36,526 nucleotides of DNA from Folioceros fuciformis (lineage: Eukaryota): the NCBI GenBank assembly GCA_049999805.1, contig JBNGIO010006195.1, positions 1 through 36,526 of the forward strand, read 5' to 3'. The position numbers and the translations under genes are program-made. This document shows, piece by piece, positions 1 to 11,949 of this stretch; position 1 is the first letter of the stretch, and each line of letters begins with the position of its first letter. Under the pieces are notes generated by a model. That model did not search any database, was not told the origin of the DNA, and saw only the letters and a program-made list of their open reading frames with translations.

Positions 1-340
1 TGGCTAATTGTTTTAACTTAAGGATGGTTATATTTGGCTAATTGTTTTAACTTAAGGATGGTTATATTTGGCTAATTGTTTTAACTTAAGGATGGTTATA
101 TTTGGAAGCACAAGTTCGGTATGAAGGTGGTAGTTTTAACCTAATGATGGTTATATTTGGAAGCACAAGCTCAGTATTTAACCTAATGATGGTTATATTT
201 GGAAGCACAAGCTCAGTATGAAGGTGGTAGTTTTAACCTAATGATGGTTATATTTGGAAGCACAAGCTCAGTATGAAGGTGGAAGCACAAGTTCAGTATG
301 AAGGTGGTAGCTTTACCGTTTTAACCTAAGGATGGTTAGC
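1..340. repeat. Compound minisatellite: three 34-bp units followed by ~55-bp units sharing the TTTTAAC(T/C)TAA(G/T)GATGGTTATATTTGG core
   Basis: TGGCTAATTGTTTTAACTTAAGGATGGTTATATT repeats at 1, 35 and 69. GGAAGCACAAG(C/T)TC(A/G)GTAT-containing units with internal deletions follow to ~340. Confidence 0.9.
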
Positions 341-385
341 TCAGGTAGTCTGAATAAAACTGGTAGCTTTTATTCTGCTCAAGAC

Positions 386-457
386 AGGTCCCACCGAGAT
401 TTGAACTCGGGCTACTGGATTCAGAGTCCAGTGTCCTAACCACTAGACTATAGGACC
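386..457 (-). tRNA. tRNA-Gln(CTG): tRNA-Gln, anticodon CTG
   Basis: The reverse complement is GGTCCTATAGTCTAGTGGTTAGGACACTGGACTCTGAATCCAGTAGCCCGAGTTCAAATCTCGGTGGGACCT (72 nt). It has acceptor stem GGTCCTA/TGGGACC, A box, GTTCAAATC B box and anticodon stem CTGGA/TCCAG. A T4 run lies ~26 nt downstream. Confidence 0.96.
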
Positions 458-589
458 ACAACAGCAAACACGTAATTTACAATTATTATGTAATAGTAAA
501 TTTTAAGACAATAGCAGTAAGACAATTTTGTAGTGGCCTGTAGTGCGGACTAGGAACTCCAGACTGCCACGAACGTGGAGAAGAATGCA

Positions 590-608
590 ACCGACCGACC
601 GACCGACC
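590..608. repeat. (ACCG)n microsatellite
   Basis: ACCGACCGACCGACCGACC read directly. Confidence 0.8.
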
Positions 609-2093
609 ATCAAAGGATTATCGAGAATGGACCAAACTTTGTTGAGTGATACAATTGACTCCACTCTTGATAACGGCAATCAGCACTGCCGTTTGTTTGT
701 CCTCACACTTGCTGGGAAACGACATTTATACACATGACATTCAGAGTTCCACACTTCTTTAAGCGCAGATCGGATCTTCTTCTGGAGCGATCCGTACCAT
801 CTCTCCCAACGCACAATGGACCAGGAGATCTTCACAATGTGACGTGTCCACAAGGGTAAAGGCCTGGAAATATGGTCTCCACGAGTGCAGTGGAGCAGAC
901 GGTGTGCAAGTGGCGCTGCAGCATTGGGTCTTTCACGACTTGTTTCATTTGGCATGTCATTGTTGTCGTTCATCGCGAGCAAGCCAGAATTTTGCTGACC
1001 ACCCCTCTTGCTGGTCGGGCGCCCTATAGACTTGGTCGTCTGCGCGGAGTGCCTGCTTGGTACATGTTATTGCTTTCCGGAAGGGCGGGGGTGGCCACAA
1101 GCGTGTGGTGCATACAAGGCCTTGCAAACCAGGTGGAGGCAAGAATGTGAGCTGGGACAAGGTCAGGATAAGACAGTCACATGGATTGCTGGCTAAGTCT
1201 CATCGGATGCAGGTGTGCGAGGCTGGGGCGTGCTCTAATTCGCAGGCTCTCAAGACGGGATTTACTGTGTCCTCTGAAAACCCCTAGGCCGGGCAGAGCT
1301 AGAGCTCTTGCACTCAGCCTTCAGGGCATTGTCCTTCCCCACCTCCTTTGAGTCTAAACTGTCAAGGACCTCGCCTGGACCATCACAGAACCCTTATGTG
1401 CAAACCCTGTTGTTCTAGGCGGCCATGTTACCACATCCTGTGACGCCAAACTAAACAACCCAGAGTTTGCACAAGCCATCAGAAGGAAAGTAAAGGTAAC
1501 TTGGTCAGTCACAAGGAGGCCCTCTTACTGTCTTGGCTGAGCCCCTTGTTGTGCATACACCCAGCAGGCAGTGCCACCCATGTCGCCACATCGTTTCTGG
1601 TCAAGCTGTCAAAACCCCCGCTAGCATCTTCCACTTCACCACAGTTTACAATACATGTCCTGCCGAGCTAAGAGTATGCCCCTGTTCAGCACATCACAGT
1701 CATTGCACTTCCTGTTCATTCCAAGTCGACTACAGACGCACGAGCTTCAAGGCCAGCTACAAAGCCTTGTGAGCAGCCTCCGGTGAAGTCTTTGATCTCA
1801 CACCCGGTCCTTGGGTGCAGGTGAAGACCTTATATCGTCCAGAGCCGCAAGAGGGAGGCATGGCTCATCGCCGATGGGAGCATTGTGCATATGGGCATCG
1901 ACCATGGCTTCAGACGATGGCATGTGAGCACACAAGGATTCTAAGGGTATGGAAGTACATACATACGTATTTAGCTAACAACTTCTTGAAATGGCTAGTT
2001 ACAAGGGTTTAACAAGGCTGTCCTCCCATCCGGAAGTGTGAGCTCCAAACTGAGCGCCGGTGTCAGCCAGGGATTCGGAGGCTTTTCTCAAGG

Positions 2094-2789
2094 ATGGATC
2101 TGTGCCACGAATGTGAAGGGCTGGACTCGTCGGGCTTCCGCGTGGAAAGGGATCCTTGCGTGGAGGCTCGGGAGGACGAACCATTCTGTAGGCCCAGGGA
2201 ATGCTCGAAGTGCAAAACATGGATGGGGAAACCCCACTTCTTGCTGCAAGTCTTGCATGGTCGGCTGGCGGAACCGGTGGATCTGCACAGATTCGAGATG
2301 AAGCCTTCTCTGTGGAGCAGTCTGCCTCAGGAGTGTCTGCAGATAATACTGGCTAGGCTGCCATTGGGCAGCCGCGTCCGCTTCTCTTTCTGCCTTGAAC
2401 ACGACTACAAGGAGCGCAAGGTTGATTTCGGGGTTTGGGAGCTGGAAAGTAGCCCATCTGTCTGGCTGCAGGTATCATTTCTACCTGAACATCTGCAGGA
2501 AATGCTTTTACCTGTGAGGTACCTCCGGAGGAGCAGCGTACAAGAGCCAAGGTACCTCTTTCGTCGAGCGACCTTTTTAGCTGAAACACTGTACTTCACT
2601 ATTGAGCAGCGCTTAAAATTCACGAAGGACTCTCGGGGCTATGACAACGGCCATGGAGACCGTACGTGCAAGCACTTGGTGGGATACAATATTCTCGACA
2701 GCACATGGAGTCTCATATGCAAAGGCGTGAATCCCCTATCCCGGAATAATTCGTTCCAACTCTTCTGGCCGAATGATGTCCGTGTCTGA
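2094..2789 (+). CDS. F-box protein, intronless, apparently lacking the central region (possibly an internally deleted pseudogene)
   Basis: The 231-aa ORF has the F-box motif LWSSLPQECLQIILARLPLGSRVRF. It is joined directly to a C-terminal block (DFGVWELESSPSVWLQVSFLPEHL...HLVGYNILDSTW) shared with paralogs at ~4240 and ~7690. Confidence 0.6.
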   Translation: MDLCHECEGLDSSGFRVERDPCVEAREDEPFCRPRECSKCKTWMGKPHFLLQVLHGRLAEPVDLHRFEMKPSLWSSLPQECLQIILARLPLGSRVRFSFCLEHDYKERKVDFGVWELESSPSVWLQVSFLPEHLQEMLLPVRYLRRSSVQEPRYLFRRATFLAETLYFTIEQRLKFTKDSRGYDNGHGDRTCKHLVGYNILDSTWSLICKGVNPLSRNNSFQLFWPNDVRV

Positions 2790-3379
2790 CAGGTTTCCAT
2801 GTTCATATCTCTGGCGTTTCGGGGTTAGAAACCTATACCCGAGGAAATCAACAGGAGTGCTGAGATGGTACTTGGGTATACATGTCTGAAGTGTGCTCCT
2901 CTCCAAAGCCAAAATATCTGCAAGCCCAGAGTAAACATGGCAGATAGCCTAGATACCATGGGCCAGTTGCCAAAGTCAAAACCATGTGCCGTCACAAAGC
3001 CACTTAGTGCCGAACATTGAGTGCAGAACACACAGTGGCCGGAATTACGTACGCTTTACAGAACTTGGGATGAGCTGTTTTATCTGGGGTCCTGTTATAT
3101 ATGCAGGTAGTTTTGTAGCGACGGCTCGCAAGGTCATCAAATGCTTGATTTGTCGATATGTGCAGGCACCCCTCTAGCAACAGCTCACAAGGCATCACTG
3201 CATATTTTGCTGATATTTGGCTGTGGCAAACCACAGATTCCTGGAAGCCCGCCAGGCGAGTCACGATGAGTGCCACGTTGCAACTCATCAACGTGTAGCA
3301 GTGACGGCAAAGTTGAAATAAGGGAAAAACCATAGAAAGTAAAAGAGAAAGAAGTAACTGCCATGTTCAAGATGCATAC

Positions 3380-4567
3380 ATGTCTTGCATGTTTCTGGCA
3401 CAGACTCCTAGATTGCTGCACCCACTAGTGAAGGGCTGCATGAAGAGGAGCGTAAGAAATGGATGGTTACAAGAATCCGAGTCAATGGACTATGTGTGCG
3501 CAAGTTTCTCTTTCGGGTTTGGGCCGTTTGCAGCCAGCACTTGCCTGTTCTTTACTGGGCATGTTGGAGTGAACTAGCGAGGTCCTAGGTCGCTGAGAGA
3601 CCAGCACCGGCAGCTTCCTTTTATGGGCTGCGTTGTGAGTGGGCGTCCAAGTCCACATTAAATGGAAAAATGCTTCACGTTAAAGAGGGGCTGCTACAAA
3701 AAAGTGAGCGATGGGTGGCCTTCTAAGTGTGATGCTTTACCTCAGGTAGCAACGAGGCTATGTCAATTTTCTATCGTCCATCACAACTTCCTGTGCTGCC
3801 GAGGGAGTTCGTCAAGGAAGAGTTTGATAACGACCGAGCCTGCCGGAACCTACAGCTTGAGGTAGACACAGACAGGCACTTCAACATCATTGTTTTCTGT
3901 ATGCGAAAAAATGAGTCCATAATACGCATCTACAGTTCCAAAGATAATAGCTGGAAATCCACTCGAGTTTTACAAGTTTTCCTTCTCGAATCCCAACGAC
4001 AATGTCTACAGCACCTTGACTCAGCTGTATGTTTTGTGGACAGGTAAATACTGCATCTGGGCTCAGTATGTTTTGAGCAATGGTGTTCTGTTAACAGAGC
4101 TGAACAACAAGATGAACATCCATTCAAAAGTGGCCGAGTTCTTTGGGAAGGAAACTGGGATAGTAAGGCTCGGATGGAGACGATGGCACCGAGTCAAGAC
4201 TTATCTGCCGTGTGTTAACTTGGCTGGGGAGATTCTTCTGCCTTGAACAGGATTAACATAAGCAGCAGAAGCTGGATTTTGGGATTTGGGAGCTGGAAGG
4301 TAGCCCAAACATCTGGCAGATGGTATCGCTTCTGCTTGGACATTTTCAAGAAGTGCTATCGGAGCCTTTGAGCTATTGAGGGTCAAAGAAGCAGATGATC
4401 ACGATCACAGCTTGTTGGGTGATACCTCGTACTTCATTATTGCTCCTGGCAGAGCGGAAGGCAGCGTCATATTACGTGACATGCTTTTGTGCCCATGTCC
4501 CGTGGGATGTAACTTTCTCGACGATACATGGAGGCTCGTCAAATTCAAGCCTCCATGTACATACTGA
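3380..4567 (+). pseudogene. F-box family pseudogene
   Basis: Fragments LQLEVDTDRHFNIIVFCM...IRIYSSKDNSWKS (3760-4047) and LEQD*HKQQKLDFGIWELEGSPNIWQMVSLL (from ~4242) match the 2094 and 7516 proteins, but with stops and frameshifts. The boundaries are approximate. Confidence 0.7.
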
Positions 4568-6689
4568 ATATGTACATACATGGAGGCTAATTTGCGACGG
4601 CAAGTCGCACTTTTTCTGTAGTTCGTACCGTCGCTTCCGAAGGAATGGTGTATGCGTGGGCACGCTTCGTTCTTAAACTATGTTAAATGAGCATTCAATC
4701 AAGCAATCGAGTCAGGTGGGCACCCCCATCCGGGTGGTGCATACCCCTCCATTCAGTATGAAACTCCACAGTTAAAGCGCCAATCAGCATCAGCATCAGG
4801 AAAGGGTTGCGTTCAATCAGTATCAGGAAAGGGTTCCAGCTACTCAATAAAAGGAAGAGTTCTTCTATTCAAACATAGTTTACAGTTCAGCAAATCGCCC
4901 CAGCTCTGCCTGGTCACACTGGCCTACCTCGCGTCAGGTATCTTTCGGTGAAGTAAAATAAGTATCTGCGGACTGTCCGAGTGAGTTCGTAGACGAGTTC
5001 AAAACGTACAACTTTATACAGGAGAGAAGCAGCACAAAGAGTTCGAAAGGCTGCAACTCCTTTCCTTCAGCACAAATGTGAGAGAATTTCGTTGAAAACA
5101 TGAGAAGCACGAACATGAGAGTTTGCGTTGCGAACATCAGAGCGGCATATCTTGAACTTGCATCTGCAGTGTTTCCAGTCTCCAGGTGCCGAATGCTATG
5201 ACTTGCAGGATCCATTACCTATTCTGGGATTCATGTTCCAAGAGTCCCATGGGATTGACCAGGAGTAAGTGTATCTCATGCATGCATCCCGTTTGAAGCC
5301 AAGCATAGTATCACGTGTTGCGTGTCTTGTCAATTGTAAGAACAACTCAGAGAGTGGCTACAGGCACATCACAAAGACAGCACAGGACTAGGAGCCCTTC
5401 GAAGTGTGATTGTCAAAGAGGGAAAGGGCGTGAAATGACGAACTTCAAGCGTGGTGCAGCCTATGTGGAGTGTGGATCCGAAGCAAGGTCAGGACCAAGT
5501 ACAAACTGAAGCTGTTTCCGAGGTTGCCACTGTTGGGAAGCGTTACCCTGAATGTACGGACGGGAGACTGGGAAGGGTCATAAGTCGGACATCGTGAGCA
5601 AGAGAGTAAAGGGAGAAGTGCAGCAATACAGTAAACGGATATATACGCTTATGCACACAGAGGGTATGTTTACTTAGTAGGGAAGGCCAGCTTTTAAGTG
5701 CTGGCGCAGTATATGCCACGGATTGTGCTGGCAGCCTCGCTGTGATCACAGCAACAAATTATGCAGCCAGCCTGTAATTGCGGGAGATTGAGCCATAATA
5801 ACTGATCCCAGAGGGAAGATGCTACGACCTCAAAGCCTTGGACATGGAGTCCATATCACGGGCCTATGGCAGGTTAGGAGAATGGGAGCGGTTGGCAAGG
5901 GTTTCCATGAAGGATCACCGAGGGAAAAACCTTTCCACAACACTAAGAGTTCGTACTAACCAGGGACATACTAATGGCCGAGAAGGCTTTCTTGCTATTT
6001 CGTATCGGGGACCACCGCAAGTATTTGTTGGGGTTGGGATAGAAAGTGGGAAGCTGTGGTAAGGTTTCAGCAAGGAAACATGAAAGGTAGGGTGAATGCG
6101 AGATTTGGGAGGAAGGGCACACTCATTAGGCTATAGGGCTAGTGCGACTTATGGAAGGACCAACAAAACAAGCGGAAATGTTACGAACCCCAAGAAGAGA
6201 CAAGTTTCGGGGACATGGGTACTAACTGCAAAACAGGCAAGTTTCGGGGACATCGGTACCAACTGCAAATTCGTGAGGATGCTGCAAATTCCTGAGAACG
6301 ATGAGAATGATGATTGGGCTAGGCAGTTTTGGGCTTCATAGGTGAATTGACGAGCCTGGTGTTGAATTGGACCAGCTAGATGAGGAAATACAAAGTAGCA
6401 TGGACACAAGTAGCAGAAGGGAATGAAGCTGAAAGCCATGTGGGTCAAGGCATTAGGCAAACTCTGCATGGTGGAGAAAGTTCGGCCACTGGGCTTGGTG
6501 CACACTTGCGTAAATATGCAGCATATCCTCTAAAATGTGATTAGGTCACTGTAGCACCATCTATATGAGGATGAAACACTAGAGACATAGAATGCTGAGT
6601 GCCAAGACCATAGTGACCCGCTTACCAAAAGTGGGATGTAAACCTAGAATTACCAATAATATAAAATAGTGGGGAAAGAGCAATTCACA

Positions 6690-7352
6690 AGTAAGTTCAT
6701 TTGTGAAGACCAACAACAACGTAGCAATGCATTAAACCTTGCAGCAATTCAAGATAATATGATCATGAAATCAAGTGTGACTTGCTCCCTAGGTAATAAA
6801 GGAAAGCAAGGGTTGCAGCAAGCTAGTATAGCATTGGTAACAAGCTTTTTTTGTGTTGGCAAAAGTTGCAAATAAGGAAATCATGTCAAACATCCTAGTT
6901 GAGTTGACGCCAAGCATAGAGCTGGTTGAGATTGGTAGTAGTAGAATTTATACATTATAAATCCTAGAATAATCCTAGGGCAATCATTAAATATCATTAG
7001 GGTAACCTTGATGACTTGTAGTAAGCTCATTTGTGAAGACCAACAACAACGTAGCAATGCATTAAAACTTGCAGCAATTCAAGATAATATGATCATGAAA
7101 TCAAGTGTAACTTGCTCTCTAGGTAATAAAGGAGCAAGCAAGGGTTGCAGCAAGCCAGCATAGCATTGGTAACAAGCTTTTTTTTGTGTTGGCACAAGTT
7201 GTAAGTAAGGACATAATGTCAAACATTCTAGTTGAGTTGACGCCAAACATAGAGCCGGTTGAGATTGGTAGTAGTAGAATTTATATGGTATAAATCTAAG
7301 GATAATCCTAGGGCAATCATTAAATATCATTAGGGTAACCTTATGACTTGTA
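6690..7352. repeat. Tandem duplication, two ~330-bp copies
   Basis: GTAAG(T/C)TCATTTGTGAAGACCAACAACAACGTAGCAATGC begins at 6691 and 7021. The copies stay colinear to ...AGGGTAACCTT(G)ATGACTTGTAG. Confidence 0.92.
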
Positions 7353-7368
7353 GGTGAACCATGTTGGG

Positions 7369-7443
7369 CTTCATAAATCAAAGCATGTTGGATGGTTTAG
7401 GGAACTTCATAAATCAAAGCATGTTGGATGGTTTAGGGAACTT
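7369..7443. repeat. 36-bp perfect tandem duplication
   Basis: CTTCATAAATCAAAGCATGTTGGATGGTTTAGGGAA occurs at 7369 and 7405. Confidence 0.9.
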
Positions 7444-7449
7444 GAGGAA

Positions 7450-8073
7450 TGAAACGACTCTGATGATACCAAAGCAAACATCTTAAGGCGGGACAACGAG
7501 TGGCCACAGTACATTTTGTGCAATGCTGATGAACTGTGCGGAGCACAGAGGACCCACTTGATGAACATCCACTGTCTGGAGAGTGGCCGAGTTATATGGG
7601 ATGGGAAACACCAAGGTCCTGATGGAGTAATAGATACGCGGCCCATAGTCATGTGCAAATACTTTGCGTGGCGGGGTAGAATTTGGCGACTTGAACAGGA
7701 GGAACACCGGCACAATTTGGTGACTTTTGGTATGTCGGAGTTGGAAAGGAGCCCATACATGTGGCGCAGGGTATCGGTTCTGCCTGAGCATTTGCACCAC
7801 GTGCTCTTCGATTCGCTGAGGTACCAGCGGCGGGCGAGGAATGGAAGGATCCGATTGGACGGTGCAACCTTGTCGGGCGATACAGTGTATTTCACTGTCG
7901 CTACGGACGTTGTCCCCCACCATGACAGGGAGTGCACGCACCTGGTGAGCTACCACCTTCCCCAGAATGCATGGCGTTACGTTTCCGCATGCGAGGGTAA
8001 ATTCGAGTGGAACAAACGCTCGTGCTCTCTATTCCGGCCGAATGGTGTCGGTGTTTCACAGGTTTCTACCTAG
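7450..8073 (+). pseudogene. 3' half of an F-box family gene (no F-box visible upstream)
   Basis: ORF 7516-8073 (LEQEEHRHNLVTFGMSELERSPYMWRRVSVLPEHL...ATLSGDTVYFTV...DRECTHLVSYHL...LFRPN) aligns by eye with the C-terminus of the 2094-2789 protein. Upstream lies AT-richer tandem repeat. Confidence 0.65.
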
Positions 8074-8849
8074 CTCGACTCTGTCAAGCGTGTGCTGTTG
8101 GAAGCTGTGTCCCAGTTCGTCGCTGACTCCAATGGGTGGAGCCTCAGACTGGTTGGAGAGAGGCAGGCGAAAGTGTCCAGGAGGCGGCCAGTCGCTTCCT
8201 GCAGCACGAGGTGACGTAGTTCTGGTGGAGAGATGGAGAACCATTTCACATCATAAAAAACATTGATGCGCAGCGCTTCCCTTGAATTTTGCATATGCAG
8301 AGGGCCTTGAGTTTCCTTTTCTTATTGCAGACGAAGGCGGGTCCGCTCTGTGACTTTGTCCTGCCAGTTGCGCACCACCTGTGTGTCAGAAATCGAGAGA
8401 TTGTCCTCAAGAGGAGTCGGTTTGGGGAGGTGCAAGCGACTAGAGTCGTTGTTCTGAGAAAACATGTCGTGATGGACCCTTCTGTTCGGAGTCCAGGAAC
8501 TTGCCCTGCCGAAAGTGACCGGAAATATCCGTTGTCGCGGGTCTCTGGCGACACTGGCTTTTCGTTTCTCTGTCCGGTGGAAATTCCCGGCCCAGTGCAA
8601 GGCGATGGAGGATTAAGTGTGATGAAACTAGTGTGTGTGTTTTCTCGGCAACGCATGTCGACATGTCAAAAGCTGGCCGATTCTACGGGATGCCTTTCTA
8701 CCAACGTACACTACATGCATATGAATGCGCAGCGAACAGGATGGTCCACATGCGAAGTGCCCACCTCCCTTGACTCCCGGAGCGTGAACGGCCTAGCCTG
8801 CATCTTTCACTTCGCCACATTTGTCCTTCATGCCTGTCCTCGCTAGGCC

Positions 8850-10000
8850 TCGTGCAAAGCAGCAGCATCGACATCCGTTTGCAGTTCGTCAGATTTTGCA
8901 GACATGCGTGTCCATGATCCAGGCTACCTGCTGCCCAGCAGAATGACACTTCGTAGCTATCCTGTTTCCACAATTGGAAAGTGCGGCTGCCTGGCCTTTG
9001 TTTTTCGAAGTTACGCACCAGTGCTTCCCTCAAAGCAAAAGTGGCACGGACAATCAGCCCCCTTCTCCCCCTCCCTCTCCCGTGGATGACCCTCGCCGGG
9101 CCGTCCACACGCCAGAATTACGAGGGTCTCCCTGGGTCTCGTATGTCATGGCCTCTTGCCAGTTCGTGTCATTCTGCCTCCTTCATTATCGGCGTCTTGG
9201 GTTGTGCCTGCAGCCCTTTGACACTCGATTCACATGATATGCTGGGCTAGAAACAGCATGCATCGGCTGGATGCAGTTTCTTGTAGCCAATGTTTGTCTT
9301 GGAATCTTGACACACGAACATCCACCCATACCCGCAGCTGGAGAAATGCCATCACAAAACATGAAGAAAGTGGGGAGTACTGAGCAATGTTGGGCTTCTT
9401 ATGTTGTCAACCGGGATAAGATCGAAGCTTTTTGCAGGAAACGATTGGCAGCCCTGTGGACACTTTGGGCCACTTTTCTCCTCCGCCCTGAGGTTCCACG
9501 CCATTCAACCAATCACGTACGAACTTCAATGGACAGAGCGTCCAACAGCTTGCTTGAATACGATTCACACTTGACAGAGTCAACGTGAACATGGAATGGG
9601 AACCTGAGGAACCATTCGGTCGGAAGGGACGGTACGTATGGCTCCAGAATACGTTGTTCTTACCTTTGGAAATGAGGCTCTATGCACCGTCGTGAACCTT
9701 GTATCCCACCCAGTGCGTTCACAAAACCCCCTCTTCTAGAACTCTTCTAGAACTACACGCTGTCGGTAAGAAAAATACTGAAGCAGACGGCACCACACCT
9801 GACAATCAAGGTTGTTCAATTTACTTCGCGGACGCCACGTATACTAACCTGGGCCACTCAACGACCCGCCAGCGCTGGAGTCTGGCCTGGAAGCTGGCTC
9901 TCACGACTTCCCAGAATCCTGGACAGACCCGATTGAGGTGGAAGAAAGCAGGCACTCCAGCGTCATTGTTCTGTGTGTGCAGAGACGGGTAAAGACTGCC
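8850..10000 (+). pseudogene. Heavily decayed F-box family relic
   Basis: GNEALCTVVN at ~9668 resembles GNEAMSIF at ~3747. IEVEESRHSSVIVLCV at ~9931 resembles LEVDTDRHFNIIVFCM. No continuous ORF. Confidence 0.4.
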
Positions 10001-10049
10001 GGAAGAATCCCTGTGCACTGCACACCGATTTGTTGGCTCCACAACGGGA

Positions 10050-10720
10050 CTAGCAAAGTACGTGTTTGAATGTAGCGCCTGCGGAGCAAGGGGGGATCCT
10101 CCAGCTGCAGGTGCAAATGGCAGCAGAGGCAGGGGGATGAGCAGGTGAAACGCGTGGCAAGGAGCGTAGGCGTCGGGTGGCCGAAGCCATGGCCAGGCCA
10201 GAGCAGGCAGCCACTGATCCCGAACACTAAATGCCAAGACCAGCGCCAGACGCTTTGCCAGTGAGCCACAAACCTCTGAGTGATGTTTGCGAGGCGGATC
10301 ACGGCTGCTTCCACCCGCCACTGCGGCGCAGATTCTTGGGACCTGCGCCGGCAAACCATTTTCACGCCACAGTGAACGAAGGGCTCAGATTGAAAGCCCG
10401 TCCGGCCAACAATGTTCTCCAGTTCGAGGAACACAAAAAAGCAAAAGGGTAAACAAAACAAAACAAAACGACCAGAAATGTCATAAAAACCCACCAGGCT
10501 AGGGTGCCTTGGTACTGGAGATTCCCGACTCTGCATCTTCTGAAAGCCGGAAGGTTCGCGACGCAACCTTTAACGGTCATAGCCTGTCGCTTCCACCTTC
10601 GAGAAGCAGTTAGAAATGTGGGAGCAGTCCAGTCCAGTCTAGTAACTGCGACAAGGCTCCAGAACACGCCGCCTGGCCTTCTTGAGCCGCGCAACTCTCT
10701 ATCCACGGCAGCATCTCCCT
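10050..10720 (-). pseudogene. Decayed F-box family relic, antisense to the sHSP upstream region (copy 1)
   Basis: Clear DNA similarity to 12280-12790. Fragments such as ATRRLRSLP and CHLHLQLED resemble the family's central block. Confidence 0.4.
10549..10606 (+). promoter_or_regulatory. Heat-shock elements (nGAAn inverted arrays) upstream of sHSP copy 1
   Basis: gGAAggTTCgcGAc at 10549-10562 and cTTCgaGAAg at 10597-10606, ~240-300 nt before the ATG. Both are conserved in copy 2. Confidence 0.7.
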
Positions 10721-10845
10721 GCATTTCCTACGGTTCCCGAGCGTCCTTTGCAGGCAGCTGAATCTGTGGCCATCGCGTGTCTGGACAATCTCAACAAGTT
10801 TCCCCTTGGCGCGATATCTCGGTGTCCTGTGAAGTGCTACAACGG

Positions 10846-11443
10846 ATGGCGTTGGCTCCTTTCTTCACAAGCTCGGGCAATGACAGCGTCTGGGAGCCCG
10901 TGTCTATCGATCGACTGTTCGACCCCTTCGAGCGCTTCGGGCGGGCGGAAAGTACTCCCGCTCGCTCTTTCGCCAGAGATGCGTCTGCGGTAGCCAGCAC
11001 CAGGGTTGATTGGAAGGAAACGCCAACTGCTCACGTTTTGAAGGCCGATTTACCTGGTAAGCATTCCTGTCTGTGAAAGCAGGGTCCGCTTGAGACTCTT
11101 CTTTGGATGCGCGATGGAATTGTGGATGTCCCGTTGTTGACACTAGACATGCTCCCAATTCTTTGCAGGTTTGAAGAAAGAAGAGGTGAAGGTGGAAGTG
11201 GAGGATGGCAATGTGCTGAAGATCAGCGGAGAGCGCAGCAAGGAAGAGGTGCAGGAGACCGACAAGTGGCACCATGTGGAGCGCTCTTACGGCCAATTCC
11301 TTCGGAAGTTTCGGCTTCCTAAGAGCGTGAAGCTCGATCAGATTGCAGCCAGTGTGGAGAACGGCGTTCTCACTGTCACCGTGCCCAAGGTTGAGGAGAA
11401 GAAACCTGAAATTCGACGCATTGATGTGACATGGGCCGAATGA
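10846..11443 (+). CDS. Small heat-shock protein (HSP20/alpha-crystallin, cytosolic class I-like), 161 aa; exons 10846-11056 and 11169-11443
   Basis: MALAPFF...DPFE...[42 protein letters not shown]...[18 protein letters not shown]...[11 protein letters not shown]...IDV. A 112-nt GTAAGC...TTGCAG phase-1 intron joins the two frames. Confidence 0.95.
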
Positions 11444-11949
11444 ATCATATCAAGAGCTGGCGGATGGAAGCGAACTCTCATCCGTTTGTAGCTACCAGCT
11501 GCGAAAATGCCACCCCACGACTGCTTGCAAGCGGCTTTTGCGGGTCTGCCTGTGTGGGCATTCTGCTTGAGCCTACTAGGATGTGTGCTATTGTAGCAGT
11601 TTCTGTGAGGTTTGCTAATTGCAGTGCTTACCAGTCCCCGGACTAACTCGAAAGCGTTACGCTTACATGCAACATTTAGCGTCCATCCCTGCAACCCATT
11701 TCCATTGTCAAACAAACTGAAAACCGTTGCGTCTTCGTCAACATTTTGATGTCCATCATTGCAAGCTACTTTCATCATACACTGTTGCTAGGGTGCCCCT
11801 CTTGCTACTTCGATATACTCCCCCTGCCATCCGCAGGAGTGAAAGAGGCTGCTACTTCTTCGTCACTACCTCAGTCCCCCCGGTGGTACCATCCCAAATA
11901 ACCCTTCCACATTTGAGACAATGAATGGTCATTAACTTGTTCCACCTTT

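Noticed and set aside
1-340. CRISPR-like or coding repeat
   Set aside because: The intervening segments are themselves repeated, so this is a simple minisatellite.
8070-8850. Several 130-185 aa ORFs on both strands
   Set aside because: No motif or family resemblance; probably chance ORFs.
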